From Pelomyxa schiedti (Eukaryota > Protista > Evosea), in assembly GCA_020536535.1 (NCBI GenBank), contig JAHLWZ010000721.1, positions 62,001 through 126,000 of the forward strand: DNA of 64,000 bases. The letters run 5' to 3'. Made by a program: the position numbers and the translations under genes. Position 1 is the first letter of the stretch, and the number at the start of each line of letters is the position of its first letter. The notes beneath the pieces are model-generated. The model had not been told where the DNA came from, made no database searches, and saw only the letters and a list, made by a program, of their open reading frames with translations. Positions 27,001 to 38,384 of this stretch are shown here, one piece after another.

Positions 27001-27295
27001 ATATTGTCATACACTAGGGCCAGTAGAGTTACAACAGACCTTCAAACACGAGAATTCTTTGTTTTCCTATACAATTTTGGGTTCGTTGGCATACATGGCC
27101 AAAACAAAAAACAAAAAACAAAAAAAATCCAAAGACCATGTGGTGGTAGTGGTATCTTTGCACTCAAAGCTCTGCTCAAAGGAGTCTAAACAATATGAAA
27201 AGCCAACAAAGGATAGGTTTCCTGAATATTTCACAGATGCACACAGTTGAAGCCTCTCCAGTGATCAACACCATATGCGGTATCCCGTCACCCAT
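24035..27295 (-). CDS. Degenerate Rho-like GTPase - Kelch repeats - F-box - Hint (Vint-type) domain protein, multi-exon
   Basis: Rho-like LLCFEINRPTSLQAI..VHAVLPSVPVILVG; Kelch YGHTSV..LFFFGG and PRYHH..LYIYGG..LSDLWAL; F-box LPSDVWAIIFSFLDATDLC..LQTSRYF; Hint CFLGDAKI..RVDEIKVGDSV..GLTTGHPV..IFNFVL..HSVILNGVVVCTLG. Confidence 0.75.
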
Positions 27296-27738
27296 CACGA
27301 AGTCGCTGCGCTGGTCAGTCAGTTATGGGACCGTCGACCGTTACAAATTCCAAGGTGAACTTGGAGCTTCCAGTAACACAGGTACTTTGTCCTTCCCGAG
27401 GGGAGAAACCCTTTGAGTGCACCACAGTACTATAAGTAGTGTTTCCAGACCCGTTGTCCCTTCGAAAAGTTCATCCCGCTCTTGCTAGTCAGACACCAGA
27501 TACCAGATCTTTTTTTTTACTGTATTTAATGCAGCGCCGGCAAAGACGCCTCCACGACACCGAGTTCCTCCCCTCTTTTTCCTTTTTGTTTTGCTTTGTG
27601 GCCTCTTACCTTCAGTAAAGGTCATCGTCGTCCGACGGCGACCGCCCACGGTCATCCACAACAAACACCGAGAGCGAGGGAAGCAGCTTCGACCCCCACG
27701 CAACCGCGCGCCGCGCGTCCCATAACCACGACCCCGCA

Positions 27739-30700
27739 ATGGCAGCACAGCACCCTCAAAAGCAAGATCGGCAGCAACACCCCCACGGGCAACACCGAGG
27801 CGGCTACGGAGACGGCGGCGGCAGCAGCGACACAGAGCCAGAGCGAGACGACGAGGGGTTTGCGCCACTGGACAAGATATTGGTTGGCGATGTGGAGTTA
27901 TGGGAGGGCGAGGCGTGCGACTCGCCGGGGTTGTCTTGCGACGTGGTACCTGCCAAAGTTGTTGTTGTTGGCGGCGGCGGCGGCGCCGTCGAGGATGGTT
28001 CCCGTGGTGCTCCTTACAACGTGGGTGACGACGACGACATGAGCGAGAAACCTCAATCACGACGAAATGATCTGATATCACAACTGCAACTGCAAGCACA
28101 ATTGGCAAAAACAAAACAAAAACAAAAACCAACAACACCAACACCAACACCAACTCCAAAAACAGAAGCAATACCAATCACAGCACCAACTCTGAAGCTG
28201 AAGCCAAAGTTAAATCAGGGTTCTAGTGATGAATCCCTCCCCGATGTTGGCAACGTAGCTGATTCCCATATCCCAAATACAACCACTGCATCATCTCCCA
28301 TTTCCAACTCTAGTTCCAATTACACTTCTACCTCTACCTCTTTCTCCTCTGCTTCCGCGGCTGTATCATCGGCTGGTGATTCACATCCTACTGTGCCTTC
28401 GCGACCTCGTCCACCCCCTCCAAAAAGGCCAACGAAGGTGAAATCAGTTCCCCCGCCTATGCATTCTCAATTTGGAGGGGAAGTTCCCTTGTTTTCCGAA
28501 GTTCCTCCTCCTCCATTTCAGCTCCACGCTCCTCCTGTTGCCTATCAAGTCAGCCCCTCCTCACCTCAAAGCACACATACTCACAGTACGCCATTAGTAT
28601 ATCCGACCAATGTCCAAGCTCTTCCCCCACAAGATACTCAACGATATAACTGTCCATTCTGTTCTGATGGGTATACTTATGATGACCTCGTTTCTCATTT
28701 ACTTTCATCTCACGGTGGTGATCCCGCTGGTGTGGTGTGCTGCTTCACTCACTCGTTCGTCTTTTTATGCCCTCTAGGTGTGTCCAATTTGTGCTTCCCG
28801 GCCTGGTGGAAATCCCAATTATATTTCACAAGGTGTTTCCTAGTCCATTAGTTGGGTGAACTAATCCTCTTGTGATTAAAAGATTTCTGGGGGCACTTGG
28901 AGCTTCGACACATACGAGGACAACAGGACACCCGCCTTCACCCTCCCTCCTTTTTAAGGAGCACTCAAAGCTACCACCCTCCTCAGCCAACAATCATCAG
29001 AGTTACTCCAAATTTTGTGGGCCTTACCAAACACTTCCGTCATACCAGAGCCCTTCGTAATCGATCTGAGGATTCTGAGGTAAGCAGTGAGAGTGAGAGT
29101 GAAAGTAATGGGGAGAGTGATGGCGATTCTGGGGAAGGTTAGTGTTAATTACTTTTAGAGTGCATCTAATGGTGGAGTTGCAGAGGAAGATGAAGTCCTC
29201 ACAATGAAGCTGTGGAATTATGTCATTGACAACGACATCAGACCCTGTCGCGACTCTTTTCTGTGTTCACTCTGTAAAATGAAGTACGAACTGTATGATA
29301 AATGTTGTGTGTTAATGGAGAAATAGGCGTTCACTTGATGAGACCATTGTAGTCCCGCCTGGCTGCGAGCACATGTTCCATGACACTTGCTTTCAGGGAA
29401 TGCGTGCACCAGATAAATCTTCCGTTCTTCAATGCCCTCTCTGTACCAATGCCAAATTTAAGGCAAAACAACCCATCCCTGTGCGCAGACCGCCACCAAG
29501 AACAACCCAACCTATTTCAACTCACCCACAATTAACTCCAACAGCACCTCTTCCCACCACCCCCAACACAGACCCTACACTCCACCGCGTTTCAACTGCT
29601 GCTGCAGCCGGAAGCCTGAGGAACGACAACCCCCTGCCGTTCTTTCTGCACCATTTGGAAGAACTAGTGGCATCACCGGGATCAGTGGAACCATTGTTCG
29701 GCCTCCCCATGCAACCCCCCAAGACACAAACAGAACCCACAATACACCACACCCACAATTCTCATCCACAACTCCATACCAGAATCACCACTCCACCAAC
29801 AGCAACAACTGCACAAACACCCAAAGAACCTCATCAGCTATCCACAAGTACAAGTCAGCAGTTGGGAAAACTAACTGCTGAACACACTGGACACCATAAG
29901 AAGCAGCAGTCTCATGCACAACAACAAGCTAAACCGAAATCAACACGGAAGCAGTTCCACTATCTTTTTTCCACTTTTCTTATTTTTCGGCGACCCACAG
30001 ACACAGGCATTAACCCTTTAGCTCCAAAGCGGAGTCTATCGGGGATCATCGGATCTTATCCTACTTCTTCGCGAGGTATCTTGATAGTCACTAGGCCCAG
30101 TGCTTTTATTGGGGAGTTTCCCTCTTCGGTACCAACTTACTCCTTACGCCAACTCCCCAATAAGTTGGGGTGCGGCAAACTTGGGGTTAAAAAGCGGGTC
30201 TTGCAGAAACGTGTGCGATGCTGTGGAGGTGGTGTTTTGTGAACCCGTTGGGAGTGTCTTTGTACCCTACGTTGTATACACTACACGACTAAAGTCGCAC
30301 AGCGTCATACGCCCGCACTGATGACAGCTATACAGCACCTACAGCAACAAATGAAGCTTCAAAACTACGTTTTATTGCCTGCGATGCCCACTGTGTGTAT
30401 TTCTACAAATTCCTCCGCAAGAGCCGCGGAACGCAGTGTAGCTCTACCACAACATGCATCGAAGCGGCACCCTCTACAGGAGACATGGCCATTTCCCCGA
30501 ATGTCGTGCTGTGTGCGATGTTTGTAACGGTTCTAATCACTGATGGATCTCTGGGAAGTCTACCCCGTATCCCCTGGAACAGGGAGGGAAGATGTTGGGC
30601 CGAAGGTATGAGCAACACATTGCACAAACACCAGGCAAGCAAGCCACACTGTATGGAGCTATTAACCTTTCAAGAGCCAGCTTTATTATGGGAAGAAACT

Positions 30701-30783
30701 CTCCTACCTTTCAGGTGATTTATGACCCGTTTCGTGCCTCCTTTCAACCACCTTGGATGTCGACAGGAAAATGGTTGGAATAA
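27739..30783 (+). CDS. Di19-type zinc finger + RING-H2 protein with low-complexity linkers and an unknown C-terminal region
   Basis: YNCPFC..LVSHLLSSH..VCPICAS.PGG..DFWGHLELRH (zf-Di19-like); CSLC..CEHMFHDTC..CPLC (RING-H2). The 3' exon structure is uncertain. Confidence 0.65.
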
Positions 30784-31396
30784 ATACCAAAAAAAAAAAA
30801 AGAAAAAAAAAGGTGAGGGGGGAGGCCTTTGGGTGATCAGGTGATTTGACCCACGGGGAAGCATGGACGTGGGGAACTCGCCTCCGAGCGACGTGGTCTG
30901 CGCCCGTTTTTTGTGAGACCGGTTACCGGGAAAGGATTCCACCTCCGATACCGATTCTGGTCACCCCCCCCTCCACCCTCACATGAATTCCAGATATCTT
31001 CGTACCGTGTTCCATGCCGATTTCTTTCCCGAACCGTACTTGTGGGTGAAAAAAAATCTGAAAAAGTTTTTCAAACAAAAATGAAAGACAATCTCAGTGT
31101 TGACCGCGCACAGGTTGTTGGGTGGGTCTCCTTCTCCACCACTGCTCTTCTTCTGAAGAAGACATCGTCTTTCCTCAGAGTGTTCATTCCGCGAAGGAGG
31201 ACAAAAAAAAAGAAGGCGAAGGAGGTGGGTGGTGCGCGGTGGGAGTGTGTGCGGACGCTCCCCCCGAGTGATTTACTGATTTCCCAGAGCAAAAGGGGAG
31301 ATTTTAGATAAAGGGTTAAAAAAAAAAAAAAAAGGCGAAAATGGGGTTGATATGACTGGTGCCTATGAGATGCACATTCTAGTGAATTTGGTGTGC

Positions 31397-33465
31397 TCAC
31401 GGTTTTGTTTGGGGTGGGATTGCTTTGTCTGTGTCCTCTCTTCCTCTGTAACAAATGAGCTTGTGTGCTGGCCAATCTTGCCGCTGGCATGTCTTTTTTG
31501 TTGTGTTGGAAAACATTCTTAATGTGTGTTTGAAAGTTTACCTTGGAGCAATACCGCACTTTGCCGCAGACACCGCACTGCTTTGTTGTAGGCTTTTTGC
31601 ACACGGTACAGTGTGGTAAAGGCCGCTCAACGTGTGCCTCCGCCTGTGCAGTCGCCAGGTTCTCGGCCTCTTCCTCGGTGAGTTCTTCCTTGCTCCCAAC
31701 CACGGTCTGTATGACGCCTGTGATGCCCTCATGGCGGAGTTTGGTTCCCATTCCCAGAATCCTCTTTGCCTGAATCAAACCTTTGGATTGAGACCTGGAG
31801 CGCTTCTCCTCAAATTGGTTCCATATTCTCATGAGCTCTGCGTTGTTGTTCCTGGCAGGTTCCAAGGCAAGACCAAGCATCATTTGCAATGTCAGTGGAT
31901 TGCCCTTTGACAGAAATTTGATCATGCGAGATGGCTTCTCTGACCAATATCTTGCAAGGAATTCCACAACTCCTGGCACGCTTTCCAGAGTATCCAAGAC
32001 AGGTAGCAACTCAAACACGGCGACGTTGTTTGAGGTGAACTCACGGAGGGAGAACAGTGCAAGGGACTGAACAAAGTTGGGATCCAGAAGAGAGGACTCT
32101 TCTGCGGAAAGAGTGGTCAAATGTTGAGGTTGAAGGCACCTGAAGCAATTCGCAAGAATTTTGGTGGCACCAACTTTGATACACAAATTCATCTCAGGGT
32201 GAAGATAGAGCAGCCTTGCACGTTGCTCCATTTGAATCCGTGTATCTGATTGGAAATGGAGGCACAAGTCAGACGCATTCGACAGCATGCACATTAAGTC
32301 CTCTATGACGGAGACTGGCAGTGATTCTGATTCTCGATTGAGTAGCCGTAGCACTGTGGCCACGGCTCTCTCGATTATGGTGGAAACCTCGGGATCCTTT
32401 GCAGCAGGAGGATCGGCGTGAAGCAAGGTGCTCAAAAGAATGCCAAACCTCCCGAGCACTGCAGCACAGATAATCTTTCTATCCCCAACTGCTGCCAGGA
32501 AGCTAGGATAAAGGAGACTGTGCAACGGGCATGACTGCACCACCTTTTTCGGCTCTGTAAGCATCAACTCGAAGATAAAGTCCACCTATCAAGAAAGTAA
32601 AAACAAGGAAGGAAAAGAAGCCGTGAAGATTACTATGATCGGGTACGAATCAGCTTTTTCAAGAATGCATATCATCACGTCAATGAAGTCTTGTTTGAAA
32701 AGTTCGGACATGATGGTTTTTGTGGGAACAGGTGGAGTGAAAAAGATGAATACTTCTTTGTTCTTCAGGAAATGTAATATTTGTGCAACTTCCTGGTTGA
32801 GGGAATGAGGGAAAAAACGGACCTACAATGCATAGATTTGTAGCAAAGTGAAAACGCACCACTGGGTGAGCCTCACGCATGAATCTAAGCAAAACAGAAC
32901 ACTTGTGACTCAATGTTGCATTGCTTTTCGTATACAGGTCAGATTTCAAACTGTTTGTCAACTCGGGGAAGCAAGTGATGTGAGTAGGAAGTTCCACCCA
33001 TTTGAGTGGCCCAGTGTGCCCCCCACACATGCAACAGGTGCAGCTCCCCTCGCCATCACCACGGCTCCCATCTTCCTTGTCGTTGCTTTCTGGTTCCACA
33101 GCCAACTTCGGGTAGGAGGCTCCAGGGGGAAGCTTACAGCCTGAGATTGGGATGTACTTGTGTGATTCATCATTCAAGAACGCCGGAATCGTTGGAGGCT
33201 TTGAGGCGGCTGTGCCCACGCTCACTGACCGGTCAGCACGGCCTGCTGTTGCTGACTTTTTTGCATCAAATTTTGTGCTCACAGGGCCGTTGTTTTTGCC
33301 AGCACCATGACTCGGTTCACGCGGCTCGTTTTGCTGTGGTATTGCTGTCGCAGATTCGGCAACAGGAACAGCAGACGCAGATGTTGTGGTTGTGCAGACG
33401 CGCAGATCTTGCGTGTTAGTCCCACTGAAAGATGTCTCATGTGTATGCGACGGAGATCCAGACAT
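31397..33465 (-). CDS. MYND zinc finger protein with a helical central region
   Basis: CTVC..CGVCGKVRYCSK|TCQRQDWPAHKLIC after removing a short intron; long open exons. Confidence 0.8.
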
Positions 33466-33782
33466 TGTTGTTGCAGCCAGAATATTTTCCTTCTCTTGTC
33501 TCCATGCATGGTCGCGCACCCCACCGTGTTTTACTGTTACGTGTGCTCCTCCCAAAACCCAAATCCGTTTTTTTACTTGTCCTCTGGGTCCCCTTAGGAG
33601 TTCTATTCTGCTCGACGTCCACGTGCACGGCACGATTGATGCTGACCCGAAGGGACTCTTCAAAAAAACCTGACTGGGCAATTTGAAATGCCGAACCCGC
33701 CGAAAAAAACGGAACAGGGAAATTACTGGAGCTTTGATGGGGCAGTTTTTAAAAACAAAATGGCTTTTCTTTTGTTGCCTCT

Positions 33783-36700
33783 TCAGAAGAGGGCAAAGCG
33801 CAGTCCAGAACTCTTTGAGACCCATGGTGTCTGCTCGTCATGAGATTCCGTCTGCACAATCTGAATGATGGCGGACTCGACGTCGTTCCACGATGTGCCG
33901 GGTTCTGCATCCTCAACAACTGGGCGTGTGTGATGTCAGAAAGTTGTAGGGGGTTGGAAATGGAGGTGAAGCAACCTTTGAGGAAACAACCAGTGAAGAA
34001 TCCATGGTTCTGCTTGTTTGGGAGAGTGCAAACATCCAGTGTTGCCCTCCCTGTGCGTTACAAAGAAGTGAAACGGGTTGATTCAGGGTGAAACCCAAAG
34101 GAGGGGGAAAAAAACCTGGGCTTGTTGGATAAATCAAAATGCACCCAGCTCGGAAATCTTCTTTCGTCAGTTGGAGTTCCTGTGTCGGCTCAGCTCCACG
34201 TGTCTGGGCCCATTTGTGAGAAAATCAGTGTGTGGCTGGCTGAATGTGAACTTGAACTCACCTTGGAGCCACCCTTCTCATTGGATTGGCGGCAAGCATC
34301 AAGAATGCCGATTGTCAGGTCAGAGTACTTCTTAATTCCATCAATCACGGTGCCAAGCATCGGTGCTTTGAGTTCCATGGCGGCAAAATCGGCCTCCTCG
34401 AAAGCAGCCTCGTCTTCTGTCATCAGCAGGAAGTTGTGCCCGTTCACCTGCCTTCCGTGCCCTGCAAAATAAAAGATGCTTGCAACCTGATGGATGTCTG
34501 TCATTCCCAAGATTCGACAACACAAGGAGACTGAATCAAACCTTGTTTCCTGCCCTTTGTTGCTTGATCAGTGTCAATTGGAATTTTCGCAAGTGGCTAT
34601 CAAACACGTCGAGATTTGAGATGTTCTTGAGGAAGAGCACTTCAAATTGACATTTGTTCTTCAAGAACTGCATTGTCCTCGATGTAAAAAAAAACAAAGA
34701 TTGTTTGAGAATCGATGACCTCACAAATAGCTTCTGCATCATTGACGGAGTTTTTGAGGGAACGTGTCCCATAAGATTCATTTCCAACAACAAACGCAAA
34801 GCACTTGTAGTTCATCTCAGCACCGAAGAGAGGTTCTGCTCCCACTGAAAAAAAATGTGAGAAAAACACAGTGGAGAGGATTGTTTTTGTTGCACCTGTC
34901 GATTTCTTGAGGGGAACCTGAGATGGTTGCTCTTGACGTCTTGATAAATGTGCTTTGACTTCGTCCACAATGAATTCTGCGTCACCGATAACGAGGCCAA
35001 GGCCACACAATTGTTGCACAGAGTAATTGGCAAGTGTTCTTCCTCTCAGTTTGGACGCTCTGATGATTTTCAGGCAGTCGTCATCCACGCCAACAGATTC
35101 AAGCCAGCAACACGTTTGTTCTGGGTTGGCTATCTGAATTTGAAATGGTGTTGCTGCAGCACTGGTGAGTTTTTCAGGTGTTGCTGTTGCGGGAGTGTCC
35201 AGTTTAGATGTTGTTGATGGTGGGTCAAACGGGGTGGATAACTTTGGAGAATTCAAAGGTGTGAGGGCTGTGGCTGTTTGTGTGTTTGTTAGAGGCGCTG
35301 AACTCATTGAGGAGTTTGGCAAGGGCAGTGGTTGATGGTTGTGTTGAGGAATTTCTTCGAGTTGTGTTACTGTTGCAGCACTTGTGAGTGTTTTAGGTAT
35401 TTGTGCAGGAGTGTCCAGTTTACATGCTGTTGCTGGTGGGTCAAACTGGAGTGATACATTTGGAGAATTCAAAGATGTGAGAGCTGTTTGTGGGTTCATT
35501 ACAGGCGCCGAATTCAGGGGTGGAGCCCTTGAAGAATTTATGGGTGAGCTGTTGAAGTTATTATCAAAGTATTCTTTGCCTCTGGCAAGGGCCATTTCAG
35601 TAGGTTGTGACCCTTTTTGAGAGAGATGGGAAGATTCAGTAGATAGCAGAATAGGGACATTGTACTGGGAGGGCGATTCTGTGAATCCAGAATCTCAAGG
35701 GGAATTTCAAAAATGGCATCAGAGGGAGTGTTTTTGGGGCCTCCTGAGACAAGCCAAAGCTCCGAGGTCAGACGGTATATAGTGCCACTAGCAGTAGGGC
35801 ATGAAAATGCAGAAGCATAAGGTTGCAGAAAGACTAGAAGAGAAGCACCCAAAGTGGGGTGTATCAGCCAGGTAAACCAAAAGAGCTGTATCTCTGTGGA
35901 TGAATTGTCACGACCGTGTTGGAACTGGGAGAGTACAATGGAACAATGAGACATACCTCCGACATGCTGAGACGTGGGTGACTTGTTCGATTTGACTGGA
36001 CAATTTTGTTTTGGAGAGTCAATCATCATTTGAGAACTGAGAGAGAGCAATCGGAACACACGTGAGAAATCCAGGCCTACTAGTGACGTGTTCGATTCAA
36101 ATGCTGTTGCAATGCTTGTTGCTTCTTCACCCCCAATCTCGTTGCCTTGGTGATGTTTGTTTTAGAGAGAGTCAACCATCATTTGGGAATTGAGGGAGAG
36201 CACCACTTATATGCAGATACACGAGTGACTTGTTCGATTCGAGTGCCCTCGCAATGCTTGTTGCTCCCTCAGTCCCAATTTGGTTGTCTGAGTGATTTTG
36301 TTTTGGAGAGTCAATTCATCATCTGAGGAACACAATGGAAACAGGCCTGGTATATACAGAAATACGAGTGATTTGTTTGATTTGAGTGCTCTCGCAATGC
36401 TTGTTGCTCCCTCACTCCCAATTTTGTTGTCTGGACGATTTTGTTTTGGAGAGAGTCAATCCTCGTTTGAGAATTGAGAAAGAGAGAGCACAATGGGAAC
36501 GCACTTGACATATCCAGGCATACCAGTGACGTGTTCGATTCAAGTGCTCTCGCAATACTTGTTGCTCCCTCACTCCCAATCTCGTTGTCTTGGTGATTTT
36601 GTTTTGGAGAGTCAACCCAGCATTTGAGAATTGAGAAAGAGAGCACAATGGAGACACACATGATATCTCAAGAGACACAATTGATTTGTTCCATTCGAGC

Positions 36701-38079
36701 GCTCTCGCAATGCTTGTTGCTCCCCCATTCCCAATCCTGTTGACTGGGTGATGGTTGTTTTGGAGGGTAAGTCATCATCCAAGAGTTGAGAGAAGAAAAT
36801 GGGAACACACGTGATATATCCAGAGACACAATTGACTTGTTTGATTCGAGTGCTCTCAAAATGCTTGTTGTGCCTTCACTCCCAATTTTATTGCCTGAGT
36901 GGTTTTGTTTTTTGGAGTCAACCCCATCCAAGAATTCAGAGAGATCACAATGGGAACACACGTGATATATTCAGATGCACGAGTGACTTGTTCGATTCAA
37001 GTGCCCTCGCAATGATTGTTGCTCCTTCACTCCCAATTCCGTTGCCTGGATGGGTTTGTTTTGGAGAGTCGATCATTATTTCAGAATTGAGAGGGAATGG
37101 GAACACGCCTGCTATATCCAGAGACATGAGTGACTTGTTCGATTCAAGTGCCCTCGCAATGCTTGTTGCTCCTTCACTCCCAATTTTGTTGTCTGGTGCA
37201 TCAGCTTCTGTGAATTGGGAGAACACGATGGGAAACACACCTGCTATACTCAGAGACACGAGTGACCTGTTCGATTCCAGTGCTCTTGCAATGATTGTTG
37301 CTCCTTCACTCCCCATTTCGTTGGCTGGTGATTTTTTTTTGGAGGGCAAATCATCACTTGAGAATTGAGAGAGGACAACTAGCACACATGATATACGCAG
37401 AGACACAAGTGATATGTTCGATTCCAGTGCTCTCATGATGCTTGTTATTCCCTCGCTCCCAATTTCGTTGCCTGAGTGTTTTTTGGAGAGTCGACCATCA
37501 CTTGAGACTTGTAGAGAGCACAATGGGAACACACCTGCTATATCTAGATACACGAGTGACTTGTTCGATTCGAGTGCCCTCGCAATGCTTCTCGCTCCTT
37601 CACTCCCAATTGCATTCCCTGTGTGATTTTGTTGAGTCCACCATCATTAGAGGAGAGAGAGAACAATGGCAGAAAGGCACATACTACTGAGATTCAGAGA
37701 CACGAGTGAGTTGTTCAATTCAAGTGCTCTCGCAATGCTTGTTGCTCCCTCGTTTCCAATTTGGTTGCCTGGGCGATTTTGTTTTAGAGGGAAAATCACC
37801 ATTTGGGAATAGAGAGAGACCCTGACGAGGGCACATACTTTCGAGTTTCAAGTACACGAGTGACTTGTTCGATGCGAGTGCTCTCGCAATGATTGATGCT
37901 CCCTCGCTCCCAACTCCACAATCCTCAAGGTTCAAGCGCCTGCAAGCACAACGTGGAATCGCCAGCTCAGCGCACACCCTCCCCAAGGTTGTGTGGCCTC
38001 CCACTTGAAAGTCAGAGGCATGGAAAGCTTGGTCACTTTGCAATAGACTGCTCGGGAGTGTTGGTCTGCGCCACAACAT
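33783..38079 (-). CDS. LRR (RI/NLRC3-type, 13 repeats) - SAM-like - caspase-like peptidase C14 protein, multi-exon
   Basis: Repeats NxIGSEGATSIARALESNKSLVxLDI; SAM-like WLESVGV..LRGRTL..LCGLGLVIGD; C14 AFVVGNESY..LKNSVNDA, FYFAGHG, ILDACR, LIYPTSPG..HGFFTGCFL..QTPWVS. Start codon and LRR-to-linker splicing are inferred. Confidence 0.75.
35960..37930 (-). repeat. Tandem array of ~150-bp exon+intron units encoding LRRs (13 full + 1 partial)
   Basis: Recurring plus-strand core gagtgacttgttcgattc.agtgc.ctcgcaatg.ttgttgctcc.tcactcccaat, with homologous intron sequence (ttttgttttggagagtca...gagcacaatgggaacac). Confidence 0.9.
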
Positions 38080-38384
38080 GGGTGGTGAACAAAATAACAA
38101 GATATTCAACGGACCTGGAACTCTAATGACTTCCAGCTTTTTTCCAAAACCAACCAGCTCCTTGACACTCTCGGTTGGTAAGTCAGTTCCCGTCCGTTCT
38201 GCGGTTCTCCTGAACTGGGGTAAAGTGCGTGCGCATTTGCGGCTGCGATGTACTTGGCAGGTTTGACCCACAGTGGAGATTGATGGTTGGGGTTTTCCTT
38301 CGTCGTTGTGTTTTGCAGTTGCAGGCACTTTAATTAATTATCTTTTCCGCGATCAAGAGCGAGCGAGAGCCAGCAAGCGAACAA

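Noticed and set aside
35960-37930. Regularly spaced repeats resembling a CRISPR array
   Set aside because: The repeats are coding LRR exons, and the spacers are mutually similar GT-AG introns; no cas genes; eukaryotic context.
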